A DNA stretch of 64,000 bases. Source: an uncultured Methanomicrobiales archaeon. Its GTDB lineage: Archaea > Halobacteriota > Methanomicrobia > Methanomicrobiales > Methanospirillaceae. The first letter of the stretch is position 1. The number at the start of each line of letters is the position of its first letter. The stretch lies in the NCBI GenBank assembly GCA_963758915.1, contig CAVWXH010000002.1, forward strand, positions 32,001 to 96,000. Reading direction: 5' to 3'. Position numbers and translations under genes: made by a program. Shown piece after piece: positions 1 to 10,591 of the stretch. The notes under the pieces are model-generated. The model saw only the letters and a program-made list of their open reading frames with translations. It did no database searches and was not told the origin of the DNA.

Positions 1-807
1 ATGCCGTTCGAGTTCCCCGGTCTCATTGACGAGGGACTTCTGTTGTTCGGCAAGGCGTGTGTATTGTGTTTTTTTCTCGGAGAATAGGGCTAATTCTGCC
101 GATACTCCTGTCTTCTTCTGAAGGTGGCATTCCCGCTGCTGATTCATTTCCCCGATCTCCGCCTGGAACGTGACAACCGATGACCGGAGCATATTCAGTT
201 CTTCAGGGTCCTGTCTCCCCACGAGCCCGTTCAAGTCCCCCACTTTCAGGCGTAGCTCGTTTTCTTTCCCGTCGATCCGCTCTTTGAGCAGTTTTTCGCT
301 TGCCGTCTTCAGAAAATCGATGCCAAGTGCCTTAAGGAACCATTCTTTCCGTTTACCGGGAGTATTTTCGAGAAGGGTTAAGAGGTCTTTCTGGGCGGCA
401 TAAATCGTGTTCCTGAAATCGACCGGCCCCATGCCAAGCACCCTTCTTACCTCGGCCTCGACCTGGCTCACCCCTGTCGCCCGGAGTGATGTCCCCCGGT
501 AGATCCGTGCATCGTGCTGCACCGTCTTTCCTTTTTTAAAAGTGCGTATGACCGAGTAACTATCCCCGCCGATCCTGAAGTCCAGCCTCACTTCGCAGTT
601 CTCTTTCTGGGATGCAAACGAGGAGACAATATAGTCCCCTGATATCCCGGTTGCCTGCACCCCGTAGAGGGCGAACAGTATCGCCTCGACGATGCTGCTC
701 TTTCCAGTCCCGTTGTTCCCCACAATTCCGGTGATCCCGTCCTTGAAATGAATCTCCTGTTTACGGAACCGTTTGAAGTTATTCAGGACGAGGCGCTCGA
801 TGATCAC
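1..807 (-). CDS. rad50: Rad50/SbcC SMC-family ATPase, N-terminal part (runs off the window)
   Basis: Manual translation from GTG at 807: MIIERLVLNNFKRFRKQEIHFKDGITGIVGNNGTGKSSIVEAILFALYG (Walker A GNNGTGKS). AGGAGG RBS upstream; lies downstream of mre11. Confidence 0.92.
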   Translation of the reverse strand, partial: MIIERLVLNNFKRFRKQEIHFKDGITGIVGNNGTGKSSIVEAILFALYGVQATGISGDYIVSSFASQKENCEVRLDFRIGGDSYSVIRTFKKGKTVQHDARIYRGTSLRATGVSQVEAEVRRVLGMGPVDFRNTIYAAQKDLLTLLENTPGKRKEWFLKALGIDFLKTASEKLLKERIDGKENELRLKVGDLNGLVGRQDPEELNMLRSSVVTFQAEIGEMNQQRECHLQKKTGVSAELALFSEKKTQYTRLAEQQKSLVNETGELERH

Positions 808-971
808 CGGATGACCTCCTGATTCATACACCGTGCAATATTGACCGGATTCATAAGCAGGGGCTGGCTTGATTTGGTTAAACGGGCTGTTAAAGATCTA
901 AACAGGTGTGTCCTGCCGGAGGACTCCCCTCGCTTTGGTGTCCCCCTGATGGGCAGCCGGACTGGTTTCAT
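804..971 (-). CDS. Possible 55-aa basic small protein between mre11 and rad50
   Basis: ATG (969-971) overlaps the mre11 stop (ATGA) and its TGA (804-806) overlaps the rad50 GTG (GTGA). No recognisable domain. Confidence 0.35.
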   Translation of the reverse strand: MKPVRLPIRGTPKRGESSGRTHLFRSLTARLTKSSQPLLMNPVNIARCMNQEVIR

Positions 972-2132
972 TCCGAATCCCCCCTGTGGTCTTCCATGAC
1001 GGTCCTTAACAAATCGAGACCGCAACTGGCAACATATTCCCTCTGGCGGGCACTCATCTGCTGTTTGCCGACGAACGAAGAGAATTCCTGCAGGTAATCG
1101 ATTGCTGTTACGTCCTGCTGCAGCGGGGAGATCTCTCCCTGGTCTTTTGCTGCAGACCTGATCTTCAGGTCGAGAAGTTTTTCCTTTACCCCGGCAAGTT
1201 CCTTCAAATCGATCCCTTTCCCGTGTTCGCGGGACATGCCATCAAGCGTCACCTGTACCATCGACAACGGCGGGATGCACCGGTCGGTAATCCGGGCGAT
1301 AATCTCGGACGTGATATCCCCTACATGCACCCCTTCGCACGGGATAGTCCCAAGGTCGACCATCGGGGTCTTCGGGAGGTCGAAATGGCGGACGACCGCG
1401 GAAACTGCCTTATCAGACATATGGTCCAGGTCTACCAGGAGTCCCCCCTTCGTATCGGCAATCTCTCCATACGCCATGTATTCCGGCGACCCCGAGTACC
1501 AGGCATTATCGGTGATCTGCACCTGCCGGTGGTAGTGGCCGAGGGCGATATAGTCGAACCGGTCGGAGAGGATAGTGCTGTCCAGCTCGTGTTCTGCGAC
1601 GGTCGCGAGCCGTTTATCCTTGATTGCCGACGCGAGACCGTGGGTCACGAGCACGTTTTGGCGGTCTTTTGCAATCTCAACCTGGTCATATGCAACCCGG
1701 TAATCCTCAGGCCTGAGCATATTCGGGATCAGGTGGAACACCGTGTCACCGATCTCGACATGTTCGTAACGGAATCGATAGGCTGCATGAATTCTTGAAT
1801 GGTGGTAGGAAATGACTTCAAAAGGCGACGTCGTATAGCGGGTCTTCACCATGCTGTGGTTCCCGGCGATCACGATGAACGGGACCCCGGCGGCAATGGA
1901 GCCGTTCCAGTGCTTCGAGCACGGTCGTATAGGCCCGGGTCTTCGGTTTTACGGTGTCAAAAAGGTCACCGGCATGGACGAGGACATCTGGTTTAGCCTC
2001 GATGATCTTGTCCATTGCCGACAGGAAATTATCATAGACCTGCTTCTCGCGGAGGTTCATCCCGCTCTCCGGGTCGAGGCGGTTGAAGGCGGCGAGACCA
2101 AGGTGGGTGTCGGCGATGTGGATGATCTTCAT
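968..2132 (-). CDS. mre11: Mre11/SbcD metallophosphoesterase nuclease (frameshift near 1896)
   Basis: Motifs ADTHLG, HAGDLFD, AGNHS, THG and ALGHYH are spread over ORFs 1818-2132 and 968-1873. Removing one base joins them. Confidence 0.92.
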
Positions 2133-2382
2133 CTATGTTTCTTTTGGACTTGTGTGGGATATAAGGTGTCGGGGGACGCGGGGTGAAAGTGAGCTTCTGG
2201 TATGATTGGTAATACGAATTCTGTAAGAACGTAGCACGTCTCGACCACCCAATCCACATTATTCAGATAAAAAGTTGCTAATGGATGAGTATTCGAATTA
2301 CAACCCCTAAATACGATTTACAGTTATTCCTGGAACGGACCTAACCTGAAAAAAGGAAGGATCGGATATTCCTGGGAAATCC

Positions 2383-3606
2383 CTATTTCGATCGTTTAAA
2401 CGTATCTATTGCAATATCCGACGGGTTGTCAGTGTTCCTGAAGAGCAGCTGGATCTCGTCAGCAGAAATGATGACCCCGTTACTGAACCCGTCCGGGTAT
2501 TCCACGGTTGCTATGGTCATTCCATCCCTGCCAAGGACACCGGCAAACTCCTTGGTCACCGGGCTCCCGTTTATCGCGTATTGAATGATGCCCTTGAAAA
2601 GCCGGTCATCCTGATCGGTGACATTCATGGTCATTGTGCCCTTGATAACCTGGTACCCTGATGCGGTTTTCATGTAGCCCATCGAAATCCCTGACCAGTT
2701 CCCGGCAATACGAGGCATCACCGAAGCGGGAAAGGTAACCCCGGGGGTGGTCACCGTGGACCTCCTCAGCGAGTCGATAACAACCCTGGATGGGTCGACA
2801 TTGTCCCGGAAGGTGAGCTCGATCTCGTCTGCAGATAGTATTACACCGTCACTGAAACCGTCAGGGTTCTCCACGGTCTTTAATGTCCTCCCATCCCGCC
2901 CGATAACCCCTGCAAAGTTCTTGGTTACGGGGGTTTTGTTCAGCATAAATGAGACCTGTCCCTTGAAGAGGCGGCCGTTCTGTTCGGTGATGTTCATAAC
3001 CAGGACATCACGGGTGACCTGGTACCCAGATGTATCCATGTAGCCTATCGAAGACCCGTTCCATTTACCGAGAAGGACCGGCATCGGCTGGACTACGGGG
3101 GTGGCCGCCTTGTCAGAAGCTGTGGACCGCTTAAGGGAATCGATGGTGATGGTGGACGGTTTGGCCTGGTCCCTGAAGATAAGTTCTATCTCATCGGCTG
3201 ATATGACAATCCCGTCACTAAATCCGCCTGGGTACTCCACGTCATCGATGGTCTTCCCGTCGGCACCGATAACCCCTGCGAACTCCTTTGTTATCAGAGC
3301 CCCGTTTTCCGGGAAGGAGAGTTGTCCTTTAAAGAGGCGGCCATTCTGTTCGACAACATTCATCATAATGACCATATCCGCAACCTGGTACCCTGATGCA
3401 TCCACGTAACCCCGGGATGTCCCATTCCAGGTCCCTACAAGGTCTGGCATAACTGTGACGGCCGGGGTGGTGGTCGCCGGGGTATCATGCGATGTAGCTG
3501 CAGGCGTTGTTACCGGTGTCGTTACCGGAGTTGTGCATCCGGCAGTCAGTACAAATGCAAGGCACAGACACACCAGTAATACGATGAATTCCCGTTTCAT
3601 TTTCAT
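2383..3606 (-). CDS. Lipoprotein with three tandem ~120-aa beta-rich repeats
   Basis: Signal peptide with LTAGC lipobox and a Thr/Pro linker. Three repeats of P.L.G.W.G.S.GY...SGYQV...EQ.GRLFKG...TK.FAGV.G.DG.T...VE.P.GFS.G...SADEI.L.FR. Confidence 0.85.
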   Translation of the reverse strand: MKMKREFIVLLVCLCLAFVLTAGCTTPVTTPVTTPAATSHDTPATTTPAVTVMPDLVGTWNGTSRGYVDASGYQVADMVIMMNVVEQNGRLFKGQLSFPENGALITKEFAGVIGADGKTIDDVEYPGGFSDGIVISADEIELIFRDQAKPSTITIDSLKRSTASDKAATPVVQPMPVLLGKWNGSSIGYMDTSGYQVTRDVLVMNITEQNGRLFKGQVSFMLNKTPVTKNFAGVIGRDGRTLKTVENPDGFSDGVILSADEIELTFRDNVDPSRVVIDSLRRSTVTTPGVTFPASVMPRIAGNWSGISMGYMKTASGYQVIKGTMTMNVTDQDDRLFKGIIQYAINGSPVTKEFAGVLGRDGMTIATVEYPDGFSNGVIISADEIQLLFRNTDNPSDIAIDTFKRSK

Positions 3607-3889
3607 CACCAATTCTCTTTTTGCTAAATTGAACGATGTTTACCTATTATTTATTTGTTTTTTATAATTTTTTAAACCGGAATTTCAGGTGTTGAGAGAG
3701 TCCTCCGCTTGTTTTTCAATGAACTAAAAAAAATTCATGCCAGGATTTCTGGTATGCTGGAACTGACAGTAGTCTGTCAGGTACCTTCCAAAACAAACAT
3801 TTCAACTCAGCCGGGGAGGCCCTTTTTCACCCTGCTGAATATTTAAAAAAATTCACCCGGCCAACTGAAGGAAATATGAAAAGTGCTGT

Positions 3890-4441
3890 TTATTCTTCAG
3901 ATTTGAACTCGATTTCACCATTCATATGTTCATATCTCCATTCCCCGGCCTCTGAAATTTCATCAGACTCATAATCGTCTGAACTCTTCTCTTTAAAAAT
4001 GCAGTAAGAGTCCCCCTCCAAATGATTATCCAATTCGCTGATAAAGGTGTTGAGCCTTGAAACAGGCACGATAGGCACTCCTTCATACACCCGTATTTCC
4101 TCTTCGATGAGGGTGACTATGATCGGAATCGCTTCAGCCTGGGTGATATCTTCATAAAACGTGGTCCTTTCTTTATGCTGTTCGATTGCCTTTTTTAATC
4201 CGGACAACCGGTAGCGTTTGCCCGCCCATTTCTTGCATTCTACAAGGAACGTCTGGTCGTTCTTCCGGGCGATAACGTCATATTGCCTTCGTTTTTTATT
4301 CAGTGTTTTTACGGTGTTTACCTTCACCAAAAAATCATTTTGTTCGAAGATGAAAGCCGCGAGTCTTTCAAAATCCTGCCATACCGATTCTTCTGATACG
4401 GCTTCCAGGTCATCGATGCAGGTTATTTCTTCGAAGTTCAT
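3890..4441 (-). CDS. Restriction endonuclease-fold (Mrr-like PD-(D/E)XK) protein
   Basis: WQDFERLAA...RQYDVIARKNDQTFLVECKKW motif; AT-rich surroundings. Confidence 0.75.
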   Translation of the reverse strand: MNFEEITCIDDLEAVSEESVWQDFERLAAFIFEQNDFLVKVNTVKTLNKKRRQYDVIARKNDQTFLVECKKWAGKRYRLSGLKKAIEQHKERTTFYEDITQAEAIPIIVTLIEEEIRVYEGVPIVPVSRLNTFISELDNHLEGDSYCIFKEKSSDDYESDEISEAGEWRYEHMNGEIEFKSEE

Positions 4442-4933
4442 GACGTGCGTGCTTTTATTTATGGATTTTTTGTATAATGAAATCTGGCAATATGGCACCC
4501 GGCTGGGCAGGCCATTCGCGAGGACCGGTTATAATATCTTTCCCCGCTCTGATCAGAAATGCGTTTTAATTTGATGATATTTACCAAATCCCCGATAAAT
4601 TTGACCGATTTATTATCTTCTGGCCATATCATTTCTCTCTTATCATATTATACCCTCGACATTCGGCCCAAATGCCCGCATTATCCGTTAAGCGGGGTCA
4701 ATTTTTCCGTATTCGCCCATCACTGCAAAAACCCGCCTTTTGAGGGTTATTTACCGGAATCTAACGATTATACGTCATTTTTAACAGGATAAACCTTTTA
4801 GATCCCCTTAACCTGAACATTCCGATGCCGAATCCCTGCGATGGTTTTCAGTAAATATTTTCATCCGAAAACTGGGTTTTTTTCACCACCCTGTTTGTGT
4901 GATTAATAAGTCAGCAGGAACAACCGATATAGC

Positions 4934-5398
4934 ATGAGTACGGAAATCCCCTGGGACAAGACACGGATGGAGTGGAAGCCGGTAGATATGACCGTCACAT
5001 ACAATGGGGGGACGGGGTTTACTGCACAGACTGGATCAGGCGATATCACGTTCCCGATGGAGATCCCGATAGGCATGGGTGGGCCTGGAATGGTTCCAAA
5101 TCCTATTCAGTACCTGATCGGCTCGCTCGGGGGGTGCGTTGGCGTGAAGATCGTTCTTGCGCTTTCTGACCAGGGCATCGTCCCGGACGAGCTGACGATC
5201 GGGATACATGGGACCCGAAAAAAGACTATGCCTGCATTTTTTGATCACATTCATATGGTAATCGTACTCAGGGCCAAAGTTGACGAAGCGATGGTCTCGA
5301 CCATTATCGAACAGACCCTTACCCGTCTCTGCCCAATCGCAGCAATGTTTGCCGAGGTCGGTGAAGTGACGTCGGAACACCGGATCATCCGGAACTGA
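4934..5398 (+). CDS. OsmC/YhfA family protein
   Basis: NPIQYLIGSLGGC...RLCPI two-Cys OsmC signature. Confidence 0.85.
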   Translation: MSTEIPWDKTRMEWKPVDMTVTYNGGTGFTAQTGSGDITFPMEIPIGMGGPGMVPNPIQYLIGSLGGCVGVKIVLALSDQGIVPDELTIGIHGTRKKTMPAFFDHIHMVIVLRAKVDEAMVSTIIEQTLTRLCPIAAMFAEVGEVTSEHRIIRN

Positions 5399-5405
5399 CT
5401 GAGTA

Positions 5406-6293
5406 ATGGATCAGAAACCCGTTAACCCCGGTGCATATCCTAACACCAATATACCCCGCTCTCCCGATACTATTTGGATGACAAAAAAGAGCCTCTCGTC
5501 GGAATTCCGCGATCCCGATAAAGCCGATCGGCTCGATGAACTCGTGAAATACCTCGAATACTTTGACTCCCTGCCGGAAACACAGGTGTTCAAGGAACGC
5601 TCGTACCAGTACCTGGGACTGAAAGCAGGAAGCGTTCTGCTCGATGCAGGATGCGGGCCCGGTTATGATTCGCTCCGCATGGCGGCACGTGTCGGGAGTT
5701 CCGGGCACGTCACGGGAATTGATCTGAGCACGGGAATGGTTGCCCGGGCACAGGAAAAGGCGGCGGGGTCGGGCTTACCGGTCACATTCAGGACAGGAAA
5801 TATCTGTGACCTGGACCTGCCGGACGACAGTTTCGATGGGGTGAGAGTAGAACGCACCCTCCAGCTCGTTGCCGACACCGGGCGGGGAATCGACGAACTA
5901 ATCCGTGTACTTCGACCGGGAGGGACACTGGTGGCAGTCGACCCCGACTGGGAGACGTTCGTCGTCGACCCGGGAGACCGCGATACCACCCGGAAATTTT
6001 TCAGGTTCTGTGCGGACCAGTTCCCTGACGGCTCATCAGGACGCAAATTCTACCGGTACTTCCGTGAGCGGGACCTCCGCGATGTCGTGATACATCCCGA
6101 ACCCCTTGTATTTCATGATTTTTCCCTGGCGTACCGGGTATTGAATATGAACCAGTTCCTTGCGGCTGCCGTGGAGCAGTCCGTACTCTCACAGGGCGAA
6201 GCGGAGGCCTGGGAACAGGAGCTGAAGTCCGCAGATGCTGCAGGGAATTTCACCTTCACCGGTATGATGTTTGCCGTGTCAGGCCGGAAGTGA
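5406..6293 (+). CDS. Class I SAM-dependent methyltransferase (UbiE-like)
   Basis: LLDAGCGPG motif I, GIDLS, DDSFDGV, RVLRPGG. Confidence 0.88.
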   Translation: MDQKPVNPGAYPNTNIPRSPDTIWMTKKSLSSEFRDPDKADRLDELVKYLEYFDSLPETQVFKERSYQYLGLKAGSVLLDAGCGPGYDSLRMAARVGSSGHVTGIDLSTGMVARAQEKAAGSGLPVTFRTGNICDLDLPDDSFDGVRVERTLQLVADTGRGIDELIRVLRPGGTLVAVDPDWETFVVDPGDRDTTRKFFRFCADQFPDGSSGRKFYRYFRERDLRDVVIHPEPLVFHDFSLAYRVLNMNQFLAAAVEQSVLSQGEAEAWEQELKSADAAGNFTFTGMMFAVSGRK

Positions 6294-6392
6294 CCCGGGG
6301 TTTAAGATACACGGCTCTTCACCCGGACCCATTTTCCAGGGATCTTTCATGGCGAAAAAAATGGTTCCCGTATTTGTCCATGGCGGGTGGAA

Positions 6393-7098
6393 TTATCTTT
6401 CCGGAATACCGGTCCCGGTTTTCTCTACCAGATACCGGAGCCATACGATACCATTCCCCATCACTTCGGTATGAACGTGTGCCAGGGGGACCTGGAGATC
6501 GTTAAAACCGGCCTTATGCGGATCGAACATAGTTGGATCAGGGAGGCCTCCTGCAAGGTAAGGGTGGACAAGCACACTCACTTCATCCACCACCCCGGCC
6601 TGGAGAAGGACACTGTTGAGGGTCCCCCCGCTGTCAACCCTGACGGTTTTAACCCCGTAATCCTTGTTCAGCGCTTCCAGTGCGGGACGCATATCGATAT
6701 GGTCATCTCCGGCAACGATGGCACCGATTTTTCTTTCCCGGAGATAGTCCCGGTATTGCTGCGGGGTTGAGGTTGAACACAGGGCCAGAACATCCCGCAT
6801 GTAGGGCCATTTCCTGATGGCGTCCCAGCAGCGTACCCTCCCCCGGCTGTCGGCGATGACCAGCAGGGGACGCGGGATCGGGCGATCCATCCGGTGGTCT
6901 GAACATCTCCTCGTGCTCCGGGGGAACTTCCAGCGCAGGGTTGTCCCGGACTGCTGCAAGCACCGTCTCACTGCCAAACAGAATTGCATCGGGGTTCCAT
7001 TGTGCAGCAAGCGCATAATAGAGTTCAAGGTCTGCTGGAAATCCGGTAATACGACCATCGAGACTTGTAGCGGTATGGAGTATGACTTTTGGTAGCAT
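6393..7098 (-). CDS. RibD C-terminal / dihydrofolate reductase-like protein (frameshift near 6880)
   Basis: N-terminal PKVILHTATSLDGRI in one frame; LLVIADSRGR, VDSGGTLN and VDEVSVLVHP in the next. Confidence 0.8.
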
Positions 7099-7414
7099 GA
7101 GAAAATCTCCTGGATAACAGTTCCGGAGGTGTGAATTATAAAATGATGGTAGGCGGGGTGAAACTAACAGACAGAATAATTAAAAAATATACTGGTGTTG
7201 GCAACGGGTTAACACGCGGTGTTTCGAGAAAGACCCGTAATTTTTTTAAGTAATTGTTGTTTCACTCTCCCAGCCAGGACCGGCGCCGGACCGGGTCCCG
7301 TGTTCTACGATCCTGCCATCCCGCAGCAGACCTGATCGGTCGGCGGATATTTCGTCACCCAAATGGTGTAAGCCCACAATGCCCTCGTCCCGGTAGTTGC
7401 TCCGGTTCCGCATA

Positions 7415-8725
7415 TTATGTTGTTTGTCCCGGCATTTTTACAAAGGAAAGGACCAGGCCGGCAAGGACCATGCCTATACCCAGGACAACCACCTTCCAGT
7501 CCTGCTGGGAAAGCAGGAGTGCCGAGGTCAGTAGCCCGAACAGCGGGAGCAGGGGAAATCTCCCGATACTGATGGGGACCCTGAAAGGCCGGTGAATATC
7601 CGGTAACCGGTAACGGAGGACAATTACCGAGGCATTGATCATGATGAAGGTGACGAAAAGAGTAAAATTGGTGAGGTTTGCTACGAATGTGATGTCACCG
7701 GGCAGGAGAAAGACAAGGGCGACCAGGCCACAGATAAGGACTGCAATCCAGGGTGTTTTATGCCGGGGATGCACTAATGCGAGGATACGGGGGAGAGCAT
7801 TGGAAACCGCCATACCGTATAAAATCCTGGAAGATGCGTAAAGTGACAGGAGAACCGTATTCCCGGTTGCAAACAACGCAATAAAGGAGATTCCAATCAC
7901 TGCCCCGGTGCCGAAGCGGGTGGAAACGATATCTGAAAACGGTGCTTCAGAAACGGCAAGTTCCTGCCAGTCGAGGACAGAGACCGCACAGAGTGCGACA
8001 ATTACGTATATTGCAGTACTGACGAGGACCGCATATACCAGTGCTTTTGGAATGGTTGTTTCCGGTCTTTTTGTCTCTTCGGAAAACTTCACCATCGATT
8101 CGAAACCCTGGTACGCAAAAAAAATGAGCGCTGACGCGGCGAGGAGACCGGGCACCCCATCGGGCATCACGAAATAATCAACGGAGCCGAGACCGGGGAT
8201 CCCGATAACAATAATCACGAGAAGCCCGGCAATTTCGATACAGGTCGAAATAATTGAAATATATGCGGTCTCTCTCACCCCGTAACCAAGGACGAGGCAG
8301 AGCAGTATGACCAGCAGAAATGCACCGGCAACGATCGGGATGCCAGACAGGCGCATCAGGTACCCGCCGAATCCCAGTGCAACAGTGGAGGCCGCCAGGA
8401 TCCCCGAGAGAAGAACCAGGAAGCCGATTACGAATGCCGGACGTGAACTGAATGCATTTTTTATATAGTCATACTCGGCACCGGCTTGGGGAAAGAGTGA
8501 AGACAGCTCTGCATAGCTCAGGCAGGACAGCAAAGCGATAACCGCTGAAATGATAAAGGAAATCCAGAGGGCATTCCCGGCAAGTGCCGCTCCCTCGCCG
8601 ATAAGGACATAGATCCCGGCCCCGAGGATTATCCCGATCCCGGCTAACGTGACTTCAAAGAGGCCGAGTTCACGCTTAAGCGATGGAGTTGTTCCCCGAT
8701 CTGGTCCGGTACCGGTCATGTGCAA
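7415..8725 (-). CDS. APC-family amino acid permease
   Basis: LKRELGLF, GIILGAGIY, YAELSS, FAYQGFE, SEETKRPE, RPFRVP; about 12 hydrophobic segments. Confidence 0.9.
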   Translation of the reverse strand: MHMTGTGPDRGTTPSLKRELGLFEVTLAGIGIILGAGIYVLIGEGAALAGNALWISFIISAVIALLSCLSYAELSSLFPQAGAEYDYIKNAFSSRPAFVIGFLVLLSGILAASTVALGFGGYLMRLSGIPIVAGAFLLVILLCLVLGYGVRETAYISIISTCIEIAGLLVIIVIGIPGLGSVDYFVMPDGVPGLLAASALIFFAYQGFESMVKFSEETKRPETTIPKALVYAVLVSTAIYVIVALCAVSVLDWQELAVSEAPFSDIVSTRFGTGAVIGISFIALFATGNTVLLSLYASSRILYGMAVSNALPRILALVHPRHKTPWIAVLICGLVALVFLLPGDITFVANLTNFTLFVTFIMINASVIVLRYRLPDIHRPFRVPISIGRFPLLPLFGLLTSALLLSQQDWKVVVLGIGMVLAGLVLSFVKMPGQTT

Positions 8726-8943
8726 CTAGTGATCTTCATCCCGGACAATATAACTGTCTGGAAAAGGTAATTTCTGCAGCCCGTTTTGTTTGTATTCTAA
8801 ACTGAATATAGAGTTCTTCCACCGGGCTATTGCGTCATACTGCCTTCGTTTGTTATCCAGTGTTTATACGGTGTTTCCCTTCACCCGGAAAACATTTGTT
8901 CGTAATTCTGGCACACAGGATCCTTCTGGTACGGTCTCTTACT

Positions 8944-9723
8944 TTATTTTTGGATTTTTTCCATGATGTTTTCAAACCGCGTGCCGCTGATCGGGTGATG
9001 GCTGATTACCTCCCCGTTATAAAGAATGCAGAACGTCCCGAAAGCACAAGGTGACTCCTGGACAGCCTCCGCACAGTCCAGTTCAACCAGCCGGGGTTCG
9101 AGGCCATACTTCCTCCTGGCGATTTCCATGATGGCTGCCACATTCTTCTCAGAATAGGGGCACTGGGCTGAACGGAGAATCGTAAGTCCTTCTGTATACA
9201 ATTCCCTGTTATTTATCAGGTCTTTTCTGAAACAGGGACTCATTGAACCGGGATCAAATTTCAGGGCCAGCAGTTCGAAATCCGGTTCAGCCGTGTCAAC
9301 CGGTTCGAACCCCAATTTGATAAAAATGTCCCTTTTTGCCATGAACGGGCCTTTCCTTGTGACAACGGCAACACCCTGCATGAGTGAATTTTTTGCATCT
9401 GTGATACATGCACCGATAAGGGAGGAAGCATATCCTTTTCCCTTGAACTCATTGCTGAACCCTACGAAAATACAATGGATGAACATATAACCCTCCGCTT
9501 CCACGGGACGGTGTGCATACCTGCCGGGAATATATTCGATCATGCCCTGGTAACCGCCTTTCCTGGAAACCAGGACCTTGATCTTCAATCCCCTGGTATA
9601 ATAGTTGCAGAACCAGTGAATTTTCCGTTTCAGTCCGGCATGTTTTTTTTGGTCTTTATACCCGCAGACCCCGTAATCGGCAATATTCTCCGGTGTGAGG
9701 TCAATGATTTCCATCTCGCCCAT
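8944..9723 (-). CDS. GNAT acetyltransferase with YoaP-like C-terminal domain
   Basis: FIHCIFV...FKGKGYAS acetyl-CoA motif; QCPY...QESPCAFGTF...HHPIS tail. Confidence 0.8.
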   Translation of the reverse strand: MGEMEIIDLTPENIADYGVCGYKDQKKHAGLKRKIHWFCNYYTRGLKIKVLVSRKGGYQGMIEYIPGRYAHRPVEAEGYMFIHCIFVGFSNEFKGKGYASSLIGACITDAKNSLMQGVAVVTRKGPFMAKRDIFIKLGFEPVDTAEPDFELLALKFDPGSMSPCFRKDLINNRELYTEGLTILRSAQCPYSEKNVAAIMEIARRKYGLEPRLVELDCAEAVQESPCAFGTFCILYNGEVISHHPISGTRFENIMEKIQK

Positions 9724-9887
9724 GATCTGAGTTCTTGCGTCTTTGTCACATCAACCATCCGGTCCAGGCCCTGTTGTAGCCGCCATCACTGATTTTCAGG
9801 GATTTATCCTTCTGGAAAAACTGCCACGGGTTACCTGTAATGATGTCCGTTATAACCCGGGATAATCAAAATAACAAAAAAAATCGT

Positions 9888-10136
9888 TTAGTGCCTGACA
9901 GCACAGAAATATCCCCCGCGGAGGTGGTGCTTCGAGAAGAGCTCACAGGCCGGGCAGAAGCAGCCGATTTCTTTCACTGACGGGGCCGAGGACGTCCCGC
10001 ATGAGCAGAACAGTTCGTCGGGCTGGTAATTCCCAAGGGAATGACGCTTGTAGTTTTCGCAAATGGAACAGTACTTTCTGCAGATCTGGCGGTTCTCTTC
10101 GGTATCGGGTACAGTGTTGTTGCCTGAATTCGACAT
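9888..10136 (-). CDS. Cys-rich small protein (DUF2769-like)
   Basis: VPDTEEN...CSIC..Y...LFCSCG.S...GCFCPAC...GYFC pattern. Confidence 0.7.
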   Translation of the reverse strand: MSNSGNNTVPDTEENRQICRKYCSICENYKRHSLGNYQPDELFCSCGTSSAPSVKEIGCFCPACELFSKHHLRGGYFCAVRH

Positions 10137-10194
10137 GCCCGCTAACGTGAGCGATGATGGATAATATGTTTTTTTAATCGTGTTTCCCGACGTT

Positions 10195-10255
10195 ATTAGG
10201 GGTGAGGCAGGGGGGTGAAACCATTCCTGCCCGTGCATTCATCTTTTTTATATAA
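10195..10255 (-). repeat. MITE family remnant (hairpin-1 segment)
   Basis: GGGGTGAGGCAGGGGGGTGAAACCATTCCTG...CATTCATCTTTTT matches the 34575-34630 segment of the full copy. Confidence 0.6.
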
Positions 10256-10591
10256 TAAAAGCATTATGAAATTGTTCTGTCACTTTCCGGAAGGCAATCT
10301 CCACCCGGATTCGTTATCAATGTTATATATTCCAAAAAATCACTTTTTATTCAGCCTGGAGTATGAAAAATGATGTCGACGGGATATACCGGAATACCCC
10401 CCGGATAAAATTCCCTGGAATTATGAAAACCCGCCGTATGCCCTTGTCAGTGTGGTAAAGAGCGGGAAAGTCAGTCCCTGGAAGACATTGACCTCGGTTG
10501 CGGGACGGCAACTATGCCATATCCGGCCAAACTACCGGGACCGTTCATTCCTTAAATAAAAAGAAATTCCAAATCGTAACATTACCCAACT

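Noticed and set aside
1223-1798. Long antisense ORFs (e.g. 1223-1798, 26551-27159, 56529-57395, 61293-61910)
   Set aside because: These are shadow frames opposite well-supported GC-rich genes and carry no recognisable motifs.
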